NCBI GenBank assembly: GCA_964496095.1
Contig: CAZBWU010000001.1
Span: 185,474-249,473 of the forward strand
Source of the DNA: an uncultured Gammaproteobacteria bacterium
GTDB lineage: Bacteria; Patescibacteriota; Patescibacteriia; Magasanikbacterales; GWA2-37-8
Length of the DNA: 64,000 nt
Reading direction: 5' to 3'
Shown one piece after another: positions 47,783 to 57,699 of the stretch (position 1 is its first letter; every line of letters starts with the position of its first letter). Below the pieces are notes generated by a model. That model had not been told where the DNA came from. It ran no database searches and saw nothing but the letters and a program-made list of their open reading frames with translations. Made by a program: the position numbers and the translations under genes.

Positions 47783-49804
47783 GTGAACGTCTCCGAACTA
47801 GCCAGACAACTCCGCATCCACCCGCAAAAGCTTTTGCAAATATTGCCTGAGTTTGGTTTTGATATTGGCGCCCGCGCGGTGAAAATCGATGATCGTGTGG
47901 CTCAGCAAATCCAACGTCAATGGAAGCGCATTAAGTTTGTCATGGAAGAAAGAGAGCAGAAAGAAAAGGAAAAGCAAAAAGAATTAGAAAAAGAAGCTCG
48001 CCAGAGTAGTGGGGTGACGGTTTCTATTGGCGACAAGATGACAGTGAGAGAATTGGCTGATTTGTTGCAAGTGCCAGTGACCAAGCTGATTATGGAATTC
48101 ATGAAAAACGGCATCTTGGCTACGCAAAATGAAAATGTAGATCATGATACTGCAGCACTAGTGGCGCAAGAAATGGGCTTTACTGTGGCCGAGGCTCATG
48201 CTGAAACCAAAGTTGAAGAATTTGATACTGCTCATGTAGAAAATCTCGAAAGTATTCTTACTAAAGATGCGACTACGGCTCGTCCGCCAGTGATTGTCGT
48301 AATGGGCCACGTTGATCATGGTAAAACAAAATTGTTGGACTCTATCCGTAATGCCAATGTGATGGGCGGAGAAGCTGGTGGTATCACTCAGCATATCGGT
48401 GCGTATCAAGTAATCTGGACAAATCCAAAAACCAAAGAAAAATCTCCTTTAACTTTTATTGATACTCCTGGTCACGAAGCTTTTTCAGTAATGCGTGGTC
48501 GTGGCGCCAAAGTAGCCGATATTGCGGTGCTTGTCGTTGCAGCTGATGATAGTGTGAAACCGCAAACAGTAGAAGCAATCAAGATTATTAAAGCCGTGAA
48601 GTTGCCGATTGTGGTCGCCATAAACAAAATTGATAAAGAAGGTGCTGATCCAAAAAAAGTTCGCGCTGATTTGTCTCAACATGATGTGCTGGTAGAAGAA
48701 TGGGGCGGGGATACGCCAGTGGTTGAAATTTCCGCTAAACAAAATCTTAATATTGATAAACTTTTGGATGTCTTGTTGCTTGTTGCTGATGTGCATGCGG
48801 GTGAAATTATGGCCAATCCAGACAGAGCGGCGGCTGGTACTGTGATCGAAGCCCACGTTGACAAAGGGGAAGGACCAGTGGCAACTGTCTTGGTACAAAC
48901 TGGTACACTCAAACTCAATGATCCGCTCGTGGTCAATGGTGAAATTTACGGCAAAGTGCGCGCCATGAAAAATTATAAGGGAGAAAATTTGTTAGTTGCG
49001 CCTCCAAGTTGTCCGGTGAGAATTCTTGGTTTTAAAGTCGCTCCGCAAGTCGGAGATATTTTGGATGTGGGTAGCGCGGCGGGGGCCAGTCTTATTAGTA
49101 TAAAAGAAAAGAAAAATATTCAATCTGGCGCGGAAAGAAAAGTTGTCTCTATGACGGCTGACCCAGAAGATGAAGAGCAGAAAAAAGTTTTGAATTTGGT
49201 TATTAAGGCTGATACTCTTGGGTCACTAGAAGCGATTATCGGGTCTTTGGAAAAAATAAAAAATGAAGAAGTGGGAGTGCGTATTATCGGCAAAGGTTTG
49301 GGTAATGTGATGGCTGATGATGTGGCCAAAGCTGAGACAGCTCACGCCATTGTTTGTGGGTTTAATGTGGTACCAGTACCGCTTGCCAAAAATATGATTC
49401 AAGATAAGAATATCCAATTTTTGCAGTTTAACGTAATTTATGATTTAATGGATTTTGTAAAAGTAGAACTTAAAAAACTTCTTAATCCGGAAAAAGTGGT
49501 TACTGAACTCGGTAGTATCCGTGTGGCCGCCATTTTCCGCACGGCCAAAGGTAGTATGATTATTGGTGGTCGCGTAGAATCAGGCAAGCTCAAAAAAGAC
49601 GCGCGCGTGCGAGTAAAAAGAGACAGAGAAGTAATTGGTCTGGGGAAAATCGGCCAATTGCAATCTGGCAAACAAATGGTTAATGAATTGCCTCAAGGTA
49701 ATGAAGGCGGTTTGCAGTTTGATGGAAAAATAAAACTGGAAGTTGGGGATGTTTTGGAAGCTTATACGGAAGAAGAGAAAGAGAAGAAGCTGATTTTGGA
49801 GTAA
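47783..49804 (+). CDS. infB: Translation initiation factor IF-2
   Basis: GHVDHGKT, GGITQHIGAY, DTPGHEAF, NKID; GTG start. Confidence 0.98.
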   Translation: MNVSELARQLRIHPQKLLQILPEFGFDIGARAVKIDDRVAQQIQRQWKRIKFVMEEREQKEKEKQKELEKEARQSSGVTVSIGDKMTVRELADLLQVPVTKLIMEFMKNGILATQNENVDHDTAALVAQEMGFTVAEAHAETKVEEFDTAHVENLESILTKDATTARPPVIVVMGHVDHGKTKLLDSIRNANVMGGEAGGITQHIGAYQVIWTNPKTKEKSPLTFIDTPGHEAFSVMRGRGAKVADIAVLVVAADDSVKPQTVEAIKIIKAVKLPIVVAINKIDKEGADPKKVRADLSQHDVLVEEWGGDTPVVEISAKQNLNIDKLLDVLLLVADVHAGEIMANPDRAAAGTVIEAHVDKGEGPVATVLVQTGTLKLNDPLVVNGEIYGKVRAMKNYKGENLLVAPPSCPVRILGFKVAPQVGDILDVGSAAGASLISIKEKKNIQSGAERKVVSMTADPEDEEQKKVLNLVIKADTLGSLEAIIGSLEKIKNEEVGVRIIGKGLGNVMADDVAKAETAHAIVCGFNVVPVPLAKNMIQDKNIQFLQFNVIYDLMDFVKVELKKLLNPEKVVTELGSIRVAAIFRTAKGSMIIGGRVESGKLKKDARVRVKRDREVIGLGKIGQLQSGKQMVNELPQGNEGGLQFDGKIKLEVGDVLEAYTEEEKEKKLILE

Positions 49805-49814
49805 TTTTTTCGTC

Positions 49815-49921
49815 TGTCATTCCGAACCCTTATTTTTATGGGGTGAGGAATCTATTCCTATTAAATTATAAAATAATTCAGTATAGATCCCTCGTCGGCT
49901 ACGGCCTCGCTCGGGATGACA
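49815..49921. repeat. Palindromic element, intergenic
   Basis: TGTCATTCCGAAC...GAGGAATCTA ... TAGATCCCTCG...CTCGGGATGACA. Confidence 0.88.
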
Positions 49922-49959
49922 ATTTTAATTATAAATTTTAATTCTTAACTCTATTTTGT

Positions 49960-50286
49960 ATGGAACACACATTTACCGACGCAAATTTTAATGAAGAAGT
50001 TTTGAAATCAAGCACCCCAGTGTTTGTCGATTTTTGGGCTCCTTGGTGTGGTCCTTGTCAGATTATGGGTCCGATTGTAGAAGAAATGGCCAAGACTTAT
50101 GAAGGCAAAAATATTAAAATCGGCAAATGTAATGTAGATGAGAATCCTGAGATTGCCGGCAAGTATAATATAATGAGCATTCCTTCGTTTTTGGTGTTCA
50201 AAAACGGCGAAGCGGTTGATCAGGTTGTTGGCGGTGTGCAAAAAGAAAAACTTACTGCTATGGTTGATAAACAGATTGCAGGATAA
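49960..50286 (+). CDS. trxA: Thioredoxin
   Basis: FWAPWCGPC. Confidence 0.97.
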   Translation: MEHTFTDANFNEEVLKSSTPVFVDFWAPWCGPCQIMGPIVEEMAKTYEGKNIKIGKCNVDENPEIAGKYNIMSIPSFLVFKNGEAVDQVVGGVQKEKLTAMVDKQIAG

Positions 50287-50319
50287 AGGTGAGTGGTATA
50301 AGTTTAAAGTATATATTAA

Positions 50320-50348
50320 AGAAGACAGGCGAAAGCCTGTTTTTTCTT
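50320..50348 (+). terminator. Intrinsic terminator
   Basis: ACAGGC-GAAA-GCCTGT followed by T-tract. Confidence 0.75.
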
Positions 50349-50411
50349 GATTATTTATGGAAAAGTAATTATACTAACATAACTACTCAATTTATTTAAG
50401 GCTTAGTTAGG

Positions 50412-50460
50412 TGTCATTCTGAACAGAGTGAAGAATCCCTCCACTACGGTCGGGATGACA
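50412..50460. repeat. Compact palindromic element 9 nt upstream of the leuS ATG
   Basis: TGTCATTCTGAACAGAGTGAAGAATCCCTCCACTACGGTCGGGATGACA. Confidence 0.85.
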
Positions 50461-50469
50461 AAAAAATCT

Positions 50470-53400
50470 ATGAAGAAATACGACCCAAAAAAAATAGAAG
50501 CAAAATGGCAAAAGTATTGGGAGAAAAATAAAACTTTTGAAGTTACGGAAGATCCAAAGCGTGAGAAGTTTTATGGTTTGATTGAGTTTCCTTATCCAAG
50601 TGGGGAAGGTTTGCACGTCGGGCATCCGCGTTCAAACACAGCGATGGATGTTATTTCCCGTAAGAAAAGAATGGAAGGAAAAAATGTTTTGTTCCCGATC
50701 GGGTTTGATGCGTTTGGATTACCAACTGAAAATTTTGCAATCAAAACAGGTAAGCCACCAGCCGAAGTGACCAAAAAAAATATTGCCAATTTTACTCGTC
50801 AGCTCAAAATGCTTGGTTTTAGTTTTGACTGGTCCAGGCAAGTTGACACTACCGATCCGCAATACTACAAATGGACTCAGTGGTTATTTTTGCAATTTTT
50901 CAAACACGGACTAGCTTATAAAAAAAATCAACCGATTAACTGGTGTCCGAAAGATAAAATTGGTTTGGCTAATGAAGAAGTTGTGGGCGGTTGTTGTGAG
51001 CGGTGTGGTACGCCGGTAGAAACAAAAAATAAAGAACAGTGGATGCTCGCTATTACCAAGTATGCTGACAAGCTTTTGGCAGGCCTAAAAGATGTAGATT
51101 ATATTGAGCGCGCTCGATTGCAACAAGAAAATTGGATTGGTAAAAGTGAAGGCGCCGAAGTTGTTTTTCCTTTGCGTGTGTCTGGACAAGTTGACGGCAA
51201 ATACACCGTAAAAGTTTTTACTACTCGTCCTGATACTATTTTTGGCGCAACTTTTATTGCTATCTCCGCCGACTTGGCCAAGGAGTGGGTTGGAGCTGGT
51301 TGGAGTCCAAGCGAAGAAATAAAAAATTATATTACTGAAGTTTTAAAAGTCCGCACTACGACCAACACTCGTGAAGAGCAAGAAAAAACTGGAGTCAGTG
51401 CTGGGGTAATGGCTATCAATCCAGTTTCAAAAGAAGAAATTCCAGTTTGGATTACCAATTATGTAATGGGTGGAGTAGGCACGGGTGCGATTATGGGAGT
51501 ACCAGCGCACGATGAACGCGATTTTGATTTTGCGAAGAAGTTTGGCTTGTCTGTTAAGCAAGTAGTAAAAAATCTAAATGAAAAACCAAAGTATTTAGTT
51601 TTTGATTTTGATGGGGTGATTGGGGATACGATTGAAGAGGGCGTTAAGGTAAATATGGCTCTTGATACAATTTCTGAAGAACAAGCAAGAAAAAATATAC
51701 ATGAGTATTTTAGCAGGAAGCCAAGCCATGCAAAGGGCCATACTTTGACTGATGATGAGTTAGAGAAGAGAGCTGATTGGATAAAAAGGTATGGTGAAAT
51801 AATGTTTAAATTAAACCCACCTCTGTTTGATGATTTTATTAAGGCTATAAAAAATATATCAAACATAAAGATTGCGGTAATTTCCGCCGGTTCAGGTTTG
51901 TATATCAAAAATCGTATGCCTGAGACTGATTTAAACCCGACTCATGTTTTGACATACGAAGACCACCATTCAAAGGAACAAAAAATCGAGCAGGTATGTA
52001 AGGATTGGGGAGTGTCTATGCAAGATGTATATTATTTTACTGATACCAAAGCGGATGTCTATGAACTAGAAAATTGCTTAGATAGAAAAAAAATTATTGG
52101 TTGTGCTTGGGGTTATTCCGGTTATGATGGTTTGCGTGAACTTTTGCCGGAAAATCAAGTGTTGAAAAATTTTACTGATATAAATAATCTGTTTACAGAT
52201 GGACCGTATACCGAAGATGGTGTAGCGGTTAATTCCGATTTTCTCAATGGTCTAAAAACAGATGAAGCTAAAATAAAAATGATAAGTTGGTTGGAAGAAA
52301 ATAAAATTGGTAAGAAACAAATAAATTATAAACTACGTGATTGGGTATTTTCTCGCCAGCGTTATTGGGGTGAGCCGATTCCACTTGTATATTGTGAAAA
52401 ATGTGCTGGCTGGATTCCGCTACCTGAGAGCGAACTACCTCTTAAACTTCCTAAAGTAGAAAAATATCAACCAACAGACAATGGCGAATCACCGCTCGCC
52501 GCCATGGAAAAATGGGTAAAGACAAAATGTCCGCAGTGTGGCGGTCCGGCCAGAAGAGAAACAGATACGATGCCAAATTGGGCAGGCTCTTCTTGGTATT
52601 TCTTGGCCTATGCTTTGGGTGGGGAAAAAGGTTTGAAAGAGAGAGGTGATAAGTTTTGGGATAAAGAATTATTAAAACAGTGGATGCCGATAGATTGGTA
52701 TAATGGGGGAATGGAACATACGGTTTTACACCTACTTTATTCTCGTTTTTGGAATATATTTTTGCATGATATTGGACTGGTGCCTACAAGTGAGCCGTAT
52801 AAAAAACGCACTTCCCACGGCATGATCTTGGCCAAAGGCGGAGAGAAGATGAGCAAGTCAAAAGGCAATGTGGTGAATCCCGATGAGATGGTAGAGCAGT
52901 TTGGCGCGGATGCCCTGCGTACCTATATTATGTTTATGGGTCCGTTTGATCAGGCAGTGGAGTGGGATACGAATGGGTTAATAGGAGTGAAACGATTTTT
53001 GGATAAGGTGTGGAATTATGCTATCGATAGATTACCTTCGGTTCCCAAGGAACGGAGGGATACAAGTGCCTTGACTAAGCTTCATCAAACAATTAAGAAA
53101 GTTAGTGAAGGTATTGATTCTATGAAATTCAATACCGCAATTGCATCGATGATGGAGTTTATGAATACTATTTATAAACCACTTGAAGATGGTAAGGTTG
53201 TTAGCGAGCCAGCGCCACTTATCGGTGAGCAAGATTTTATTAAGTTTTTAAAATTACTTTCTCCTTTTGCTCCACATATGTGTGAAGAAATTTGGAGTCA
53301 GCTTGGAAACAAAAACACTTTGGTCTTTGAACCTTGGCCAGAATACGATGAGGCCTTGACCAAAGAAAGTGAAATTACACTAGCTGTACAAGTAAATGGG

Positions 53401-53556
53401 AAATTGCGCGATACGATAACGGTACAGGCTGATATCTCGGAGGAAGAAGCAAAGAAAATAGTTTTGGCTAGTGAGAAAATTCAGAAGTGGTTGGAAGGCA
53501 AAGAACCCAAGAAAATTATTTACGTAAAAGGGAAGTTGGTGAGTATGGTTGTTTAA
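50470..53556 (+). CDS. leuS: Leucine--tRNA ligase with inserted HAD domain
   Basis: FPYPSGEGLHVGH, FTTRPDT, VPAHDERD, DWVFSRQRYWG, KMSKSKGN; start moved to MKKYD. Confidence 0.97.
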   Translation: MKKYDPKKIEAKWQKYWEKNKTFEVTEDPKREKFYGLIEFPYPSGEGLHVGHPRSNTAMDVISRKKRMEGKNVLFPIGFDAFGLPTENFAIKTGKPPAEVTKKNIANFTRQLKMLGFSFDWSRQVDTTDPQYYKWTQWLFLQFFKHGLAYKKNQPINWCPKDKIGLANEEVVGGCCERCGTPVETKNKEQWMLAITKYADKLLAGLKDVDYIERARLQQENWIGKSEGAEVVFPLRVSGQVDGKYTVKVFTTRPDTIFGATFIAISADLAKEWVGAGWSPSEEIKNYITEVLKVRTTTNTREEQEKTGVSAGVMAINPVSKEEIPVWITNYVMGGVGTGAIMGVPAHDERDFDFAKKFGLSVKQVVKNLNEKPKYLVFDFDGVIGDTIEEGVKVNMALDTISEEQARKNIHEYFSRKPSHAKGHTLTDDELEKRADWIKRYGEIMFKLNPPLFDDFIKAIKNISNIKIAVISAGSGLYIKNRMPETDLNPTHVLTYEDHHSKEQKIEQVCKDWGVSMQDVYYFTDTKADVYELENCLDRKKIIGCAWGYSGYDGLRELLPENQVLKNFTDINNLFTDGPYTEDGVAVNSDFLNGLKTDEAKIKMISWLEENKIGKKQINYKLRDWVFSRQRYWGEPIPLVYCEKCAGWIPLPESELPLKLPKVEKYQPTDNGESPLAAMEKWVKTKCPQCGGPARRETDTMPNWAGSSWYFLAYALGGEKGLKERGDKFWDKELLKQWMPIDWYNGGMEHTVLHLLYSRFWNIFLHDIGLVPTSEPYKKRTSHGMILAKGGEKMSKSKGNVVNPDEMVEQFGADALRTYIMFMGPFDQAVEWDTNGLIGVKRFLDKVWNYAIDRLPSVPKERRDTSALTKLHQTIKKVSEGIDSMKFNTAIASMMEFMNTIYKPLEDGKVVSEPAPLIGEQDFIKFLKLLSPFAPHMCEEIWSQLGNKNTLVFEPWPEYDEALTKESEITLAVQVNGKLRDTITVQADISEEEAKKIVLASEKIQKWLEGKEPKKIIYVKGKLVSMVV

Positions 53557-53560
53557 ATTT

Positions 53561-53914
53561 ATGAATTCTCTTAAGCAAATTTTAAAGCTTATATTAGTTG
53601 CTCTTGCTACTATTATATCAACCGTAGTCATTATGGTAGGCGGTATGTTTGGAATTACAAAATTTATGGCCTACCGTAATACCATGTATGCGGAACATTT
53701 TAATCAAGGGACTTTTGATTCTATCTTTGTAGGAATTTCTATGGATGATGTCCAAAAAATATTAGGACAACCTCTATCTATCTCCAAAAATGATGCTGGT
53801 TTTGAGTATCATTGGTATTCAAAACCTAAAAAAAGCAGTGATTATTATATAAAATTAATAATCTATCAAAATAATAGAGTGATTGACATGCAGGAGAAAT
53901 ATTATGTAGATTAG
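53561..53914 (+). CDS. Small membrane protein with SmpA/OmlA-like domain
   Basis: TM followed by GISMDDVQKILGQP...W.Y. Confidence 0.6.
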   Translation: MNSLKQILKLILVALATIISTVVIMVGGMFGITKFMAYRNTMYAEHFNQGTFDSIFVGISMDDVQKILGQPLSISKNDAGFEYHWYSKPKKSSDYYIKLIIYQNNRVIDMQEKYYVD

Positions 53915-53916
53915 TT

Positions 53917-55545
53917 ATGCTCAAGGAGGGGCTAGAACAAATCATCAAGAGCAAAAGTAAAACATTTCTCGCGTTTTGTTTTTGTTTTATTTTAGGCGCA
54001 GGTATTTTTTCTTTGTTTGAAGGCAAAGAATTTTTGTTTTATCTCCATATTTTATTATTTGCAATTTTGTTTTTTGTTATTATCTTCTGGTCAAAAAAAG
54101 AGTATCGGTTTTATTGTCTATGTCTGTTAGTTTTTGTGTTAGGTGGAATTAGATTTTTCCTGACAATTCCTGGGAAAGATGCAGATAGGATAGATTTTTA
54201 TAATGGTAGTAAAAAGATTATTAAAGGGTTTGTGGTGCGTGAACCGGATATTGGAGTAAGTGATGCGAGGTATGTGGTGCGGGTAGAAGCAATCGCTAAT
54301 CAGCCTGTCATTACGATGACGAAGGAGGAATCTCTGTCCAAATCAAAAATTAGACAGAGATCCCTCCGGGGCGTAAACCCCACTCAGGATGACAATCAGA
54401 GAGAGCGAGCCTCGGGAAATATTATGATTAAGACGTTAATTTATCCCGAATATAAATATGGCGATCAATTGGAAGTTAGTTGCCTTCTTCAAGAACCAAC
54501 AAATTTTGCAGATAGTGATTTCAATTATAAAAAATATCTAGCCAAACAAGATGTGTGGTCAACTTGTGCCAATCCGCAAATAAAAAAGGTGGGTGCAGGT
54601 AAAGGCAATTTTTTTATCAGTGCAATGTTGAAAATGAAAAGTAGAATAACTTTGCAGATGGCCAAACTTTGGCCTGAGCCAAGCAATAGTCTGATGGCCG
54701 GGATTTTATATGGCGCTCGCAGCGGTTTGCCCGATGATTTAACAACTAATTTTAGTCGTACGGGTGTGACTCATATTGTCGCTGTTTCCGGATATAATGT
54801 GAGTATCATAGTTGTAGTTTTAAATTCAATTTTAATTTATCTTGGATTATTTCGTAAACAATCTTTTTGGTCCTTAGTATTTTTGATTTTAGCCTTTGTC
54901 TTTTTCACTGGCGCTACCGCTTCGGTCGTGCGAGCGGGAATAATGGCGGTGATTGTTTTATTGTCTCAATATTTGGGTCGGCTATCGGCGGTGGGTAGGG
55001 TACTTGTCTATGCGGTTGTGGTGATGCTTATTTTTAATCCCTATCTGTTGATGTGGGATGCGGGCTTTCAGTTATCATTCCTGTCTACTTTGGGGTTGGT
55101 TTATTTGGTGCCTATTTTTGAGCCATTGACTGAAAAGATAAAAGTGACTGGTACTAGCGTGATGTTACTTGAAGTTTTTACGACCACGATGGCTGCGATT
55201 ATGGCTACTATGCCGTTAATTATGCATCAGTTTGGGAGGTTTTCGGTGGTGGCGCCTTTAGTAAATATTTTGGTTTTGTGGATTATTCCTTGGCTGATGT
55301 TGTTTGGGTTTTTGTCTTTGATTTTAAGCCTTGTATTTTTTCCGTTGGGTCAGCTGGTTGCCTGGGTGGCGGGTTTGGGAGTACGATATGTTATAATTGT
55401 TGTAGATTGGTTTGGAAATAAAAGTTGGAGTGCGGTTGATATGAAGATTTCTTTATTAACGATGATATTTATTTATCTCGTACTTATACTTTTTGTCACC
55501 AAAAAGTATCAAAAAGTGTTGGGGCGGCAGAACTCGCCTCATTAA
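53917..55545 (+). CDS. comEC: ComEC/Rec2 competence membrane protein with repeat-derived insertion
   Basis: FNYKKYL, GVTHIVAVSGYNV, SVVRAGIMA, DAGFQLSF. Confidence 0.93.
   Translation: MLKEGLEQIIKSKSKTFLAFCFCFILGAGIFSLFEGKEFLFYLHILLFAILFFVIIFWSKKEYRFYCLCLLVFVLGGIRFFLTIPGKDADRIDFYNGSKKIIKGFVVREPDIGVSDARYVVRVEAIANQPVITMTKEESLSKSKIRQRSLRGVNPTQDDNQRERASGNIMIKTLIYPEYKYGDQLEVSCLLQEPTNFADSDFNYKKYLAKQDVWSTCANPQIKKVGAGKGNFFISAMLKMKSRITLQMAKLWPEPSNSLMAGILYGARSGLPDDLTTNFSRTGVTHIVAVSGYNVSIIVVVLNSILIYLGLFRKQSFWSLVFLILAFVFFTGATASVVRAGIMAVIVLLSQYLGRLSAVGRVLVYAVVVMLIFNPYLLMWDAGFQLSFLSTLGLVYLVPIFEPLTEKIKVTGTSVMLLEVFTTTMAAIMATMPLIMHQFGRFSVVAPLVNILVLWIIPWLMLFGFLSLILSLVFFPLGQLVAWVAGLGVRYVIIVVDWFGNKSWSAVDMKISLLTMIFIYLVLILFVTKKYQKVLGRQNSPH
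54306..54394. repeat. Full palindromic element in frame in comEC
   Basis: TGTCATTACGATGACGAAGGAGGAATCTCTGTC...GACAGAGATCCCTCCGGGGCGTAAACCCCACTCAGGATGACA. Confidence 0.88.
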
Positions 55546-55591
55546 AATGCTTGTTTTGCAAATGTGTGAGCTCAGACAGCTGCCACCCCAA
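55519..55591. repeat. Hairpin element overlapping the comEC stop
   Basis: TTGGGGCGGCAG...CTGCCACCCCAA inverted ends; GC-rich against an AT-rich background. Confidence 0.55.
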
Positions 55592-55626
55592 ACCCCATGT
55601 ACAAGTAGTAATGTTTTTACATTTAT

Positions 55627-56235
55627 ATGTCAAAAAAAATAAAAGTATTTTCTTCAGACCAGGGCTATGATTTGGCTGCGGAGTTTTATGATCAAAAAGA
55701 AAAGTACCTCAATAGTTTTGAGCAGAATAAAATTTTGCCACTGTTGGGAGATGTTAAGAATAAAAAAGTTTTGGATATTGGAGCGGGGACTGGTCGTCTG
55801 TCTTTGCAACTGGCAAAAGGCGGAGCGCAAGTAATGGCTTTGGATGTGTCGGAAAAAATGCTAGAGCTGGTTAAAAGAAAAAATCACAAGGTTCAAACAA
55901 CGGTAGCTGATGCCGAGAATTTACCTTTTGAAAATAATAGTTTTGATGTAGTGACCGCGGCTTTTTTGATTGTCCATCTCAAAGATCCAGCCAGATTTTT
56001 TGATGAAGTCTATAGAATTCTTAAAGACGGGGGAAAATTTGTAGTAACAAATATTAATCAAAAAGATCCTCCAGAAGTAAAAACCAAAGAGGGGAATATT
56101 ATTATTGAATCTTTTTATCATCGGCCAGAAAAAATAAAAGAGATCCTGGAGTCACTGGCTTTTCAAGTTGAACAAGAAATTTTTGTAAAAGAAAATGAGA
56201 TTTGGGTTAATCAAATTTTATTGGTAAGAAAGTAA
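55627..56235 (+). CDS. Class I SAM-dependent methyltransferase
   Basis: VLDIGAGTG, DAENLPF...FDVV, RILKDGG. Confidence 0.92.
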   Translation: MSKKIKVFSSDQGYDLAAEFYDQKEKYLNSFEQNKILPLLGDVKNKKVLDIGAGTGRLSLQLAKGGAQVMALDVSEKMLELVKRKNHKVQTTVADAENLPFENNSFDVVTAAFLIVHLKDPARFFDEVYRILKDGGKFVVTNINQKDPPEVKTKEGNIIIESFYHRPEKIKEILESLAFQVEQEIFVKENEIWVNQILLVRK

Positions 56236-56240
56236 ATATT

Positions 56241-56828
56241 ATGAAGTTGCTCAAACACAGTACAAAAAATAAAGTTATTTTTATATGGCTATTAGTTTTA
56301 GCCACGGTTCTTTATTTATATTTTTTTAAAAGTGATTTTATAATGGCGCAAATTACTAACATTCGCCACTTGCCACTGTTTTGGCTGTGCACGGTCTATC
56401 TTGTTATCAATTGTTTAAGGGGTTTCACATTTATACCAGTTACCTATACTATGATTCTCGGGTTGGTATTTTTACCAGCGCCAGCCGTGTATATTTTGAC
56501 CATTATCGGAGTCGGAACTTCCGCAACCTCTATTTACTATTTTTCTGAGTATTTGAGCCTAGGAAATTATTTCAAACAGAATTATCCGACAGTCATTGCC
56601 AAGTTAACCAATATTTTAAAAAAATACGAACTTCCGATTATCACCGTTTGGAGCTTCTTACCATTTTTAGCAACCGATGCTATGTGTTATGTATGTGGCA
56701 CACTGCGGATTAATTTTAAGAAATTTATTATTGGGGTTTTGTTGGGTGAAGGAGTTTTTTGCGCCCTTTTTATTTTTTTAGGCAAAGATTTTGCAGTTTT
56801 TATTACTCGTAAAATTTTTGGTTTATAA
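56241..56828 (+). CDS. VTT/TVP38 (DedA-like) membrane protein
   Basis: Multi-TM; FLPFLATDAMCYVCG...INFKKFIIGVLLG. Confidence 0.8.
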   Translation: MKLLKHSTKNKVIFIWLLVLATVLYLYFFKSDFIMAQITNIRHLPLFWLCTVYLVINCLRGFTFIPVTYTMILGLVFLPAPAVYILTIIGVGTSATSIYYFSEYLSLGNYFKQNYPTVIAKLTNILKKYELPIITVWSFLPFLATDAMCYVCGTLRINFKKFIIGVLLGEGVFCALFIFLGKDFAVFITRKIFGL

Positions 56829-56831
56829 ACC

Positions 56832-57695
56832 ATGTCCAAAGACAAAAAAATACTTCTAATCCCGTTTATATTTCTCATCTTGCTTTTAGGGTGTGTTTTT
56901 TATTATCACTATAATAATCTTCGCCCATCTGAGTTCAAAGTCAATTTTTTGGATATTGGTCAGGGTGACGCAACTCTTATTCTATTTAACAATGGCCAAA
57001 AAATGTTGGTAGATTGTGGTAAAGACAAAAAGATTTTATCCAGACTTGGTGAGGCTATGCCTTTTTATGATCGCACGATAGATTTTTTGATAGCTACTCA
57101 TCCTGATTTGGATCATTATGGTGGCTGTATTGATGTGCTCAAAAATTACAAAGTCAAAGAAATTATTCTTAATGGCGGTCAGAAACAATATGACCCATAT
57201 TGGCGGACGTGGGATCAAGCCGTGCAAAATGAAGGCGCAATCATAAAAATTATAAATAAGGCGGAAGTTTGGACAATCGGTAGTTCCACTTTGGAATTTT
57301 TATCGCCTGATAAGTCTTTGGTTTTAAATGTTCCGGCAGACGACAGTAATAATTATTCAATTGTTTTTAGATTAAAAAATAATGGTGAGAATTTCTTGTT
57401 TACAGCTGATATGGAAGTGCCGCTAGAAAATGCATTATTAAATAAGTATTGCATTGTCACTTCTACCGAACCCTGTCCCGCCCTCCAAGCATATATTCTC
57501 AAAGTCGGCCATCACGGTAGTGACAGTTCTTCGGGTGAAGATTTTTTGCGAGCAGTGGGAGCTAAGATCGGTATTATTTCTGTGGGTGTAAATAACAAGT
57601 ACGGTCATCCGTCTCGACGCGTGATGAAGAAATTAGAAAGAGCGGGAATGGAGATTTTGCGGACGGATCAGTTAGGGAGTATTTTTGAATATTAA
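56832..57695 (+). CDS. ComEC-like metallo-beta-lactamase-fold protein
   Basis: FLDIGQGDA, THPDLDHYGG, LKVGHHGS, NKYGHPS, RTDQLG. Confidence 0.92.
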   Translation: MSKDKKILLIPFIFLILLLGCVFYYHYNNLRPSEFKVNFLDIGQGDATLILFNNGQKMLVDCGKDKKILSRLGEAMPFYDRTIDFLIATHPDLDHYGGCIDVLKNYKVKEIILNGGQKQYDPYWRTWDQAVQNEGAIIKIINKAEVWTIGSSTLEFLSPDKSLVLNVPADDSNNYSIVFRLKNNGENFLFTADMEVPLENALLNKYCIVTSTEPCPALQAYILKVGHHGSDSSSGEDFLRAVGAKIGIISVGVNNKYGHPSRRVMKKLERAGMEILRTDQLGSIFEY

Positions 57696-57699
57696 TTTT

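Noticed and set aside
50407-50625. 72 aa minus-strand ORF and the 14 aa N-terminal extension of LeuS
   Set aside because: Both derive from the palindromic element or lie antisense to leuS.
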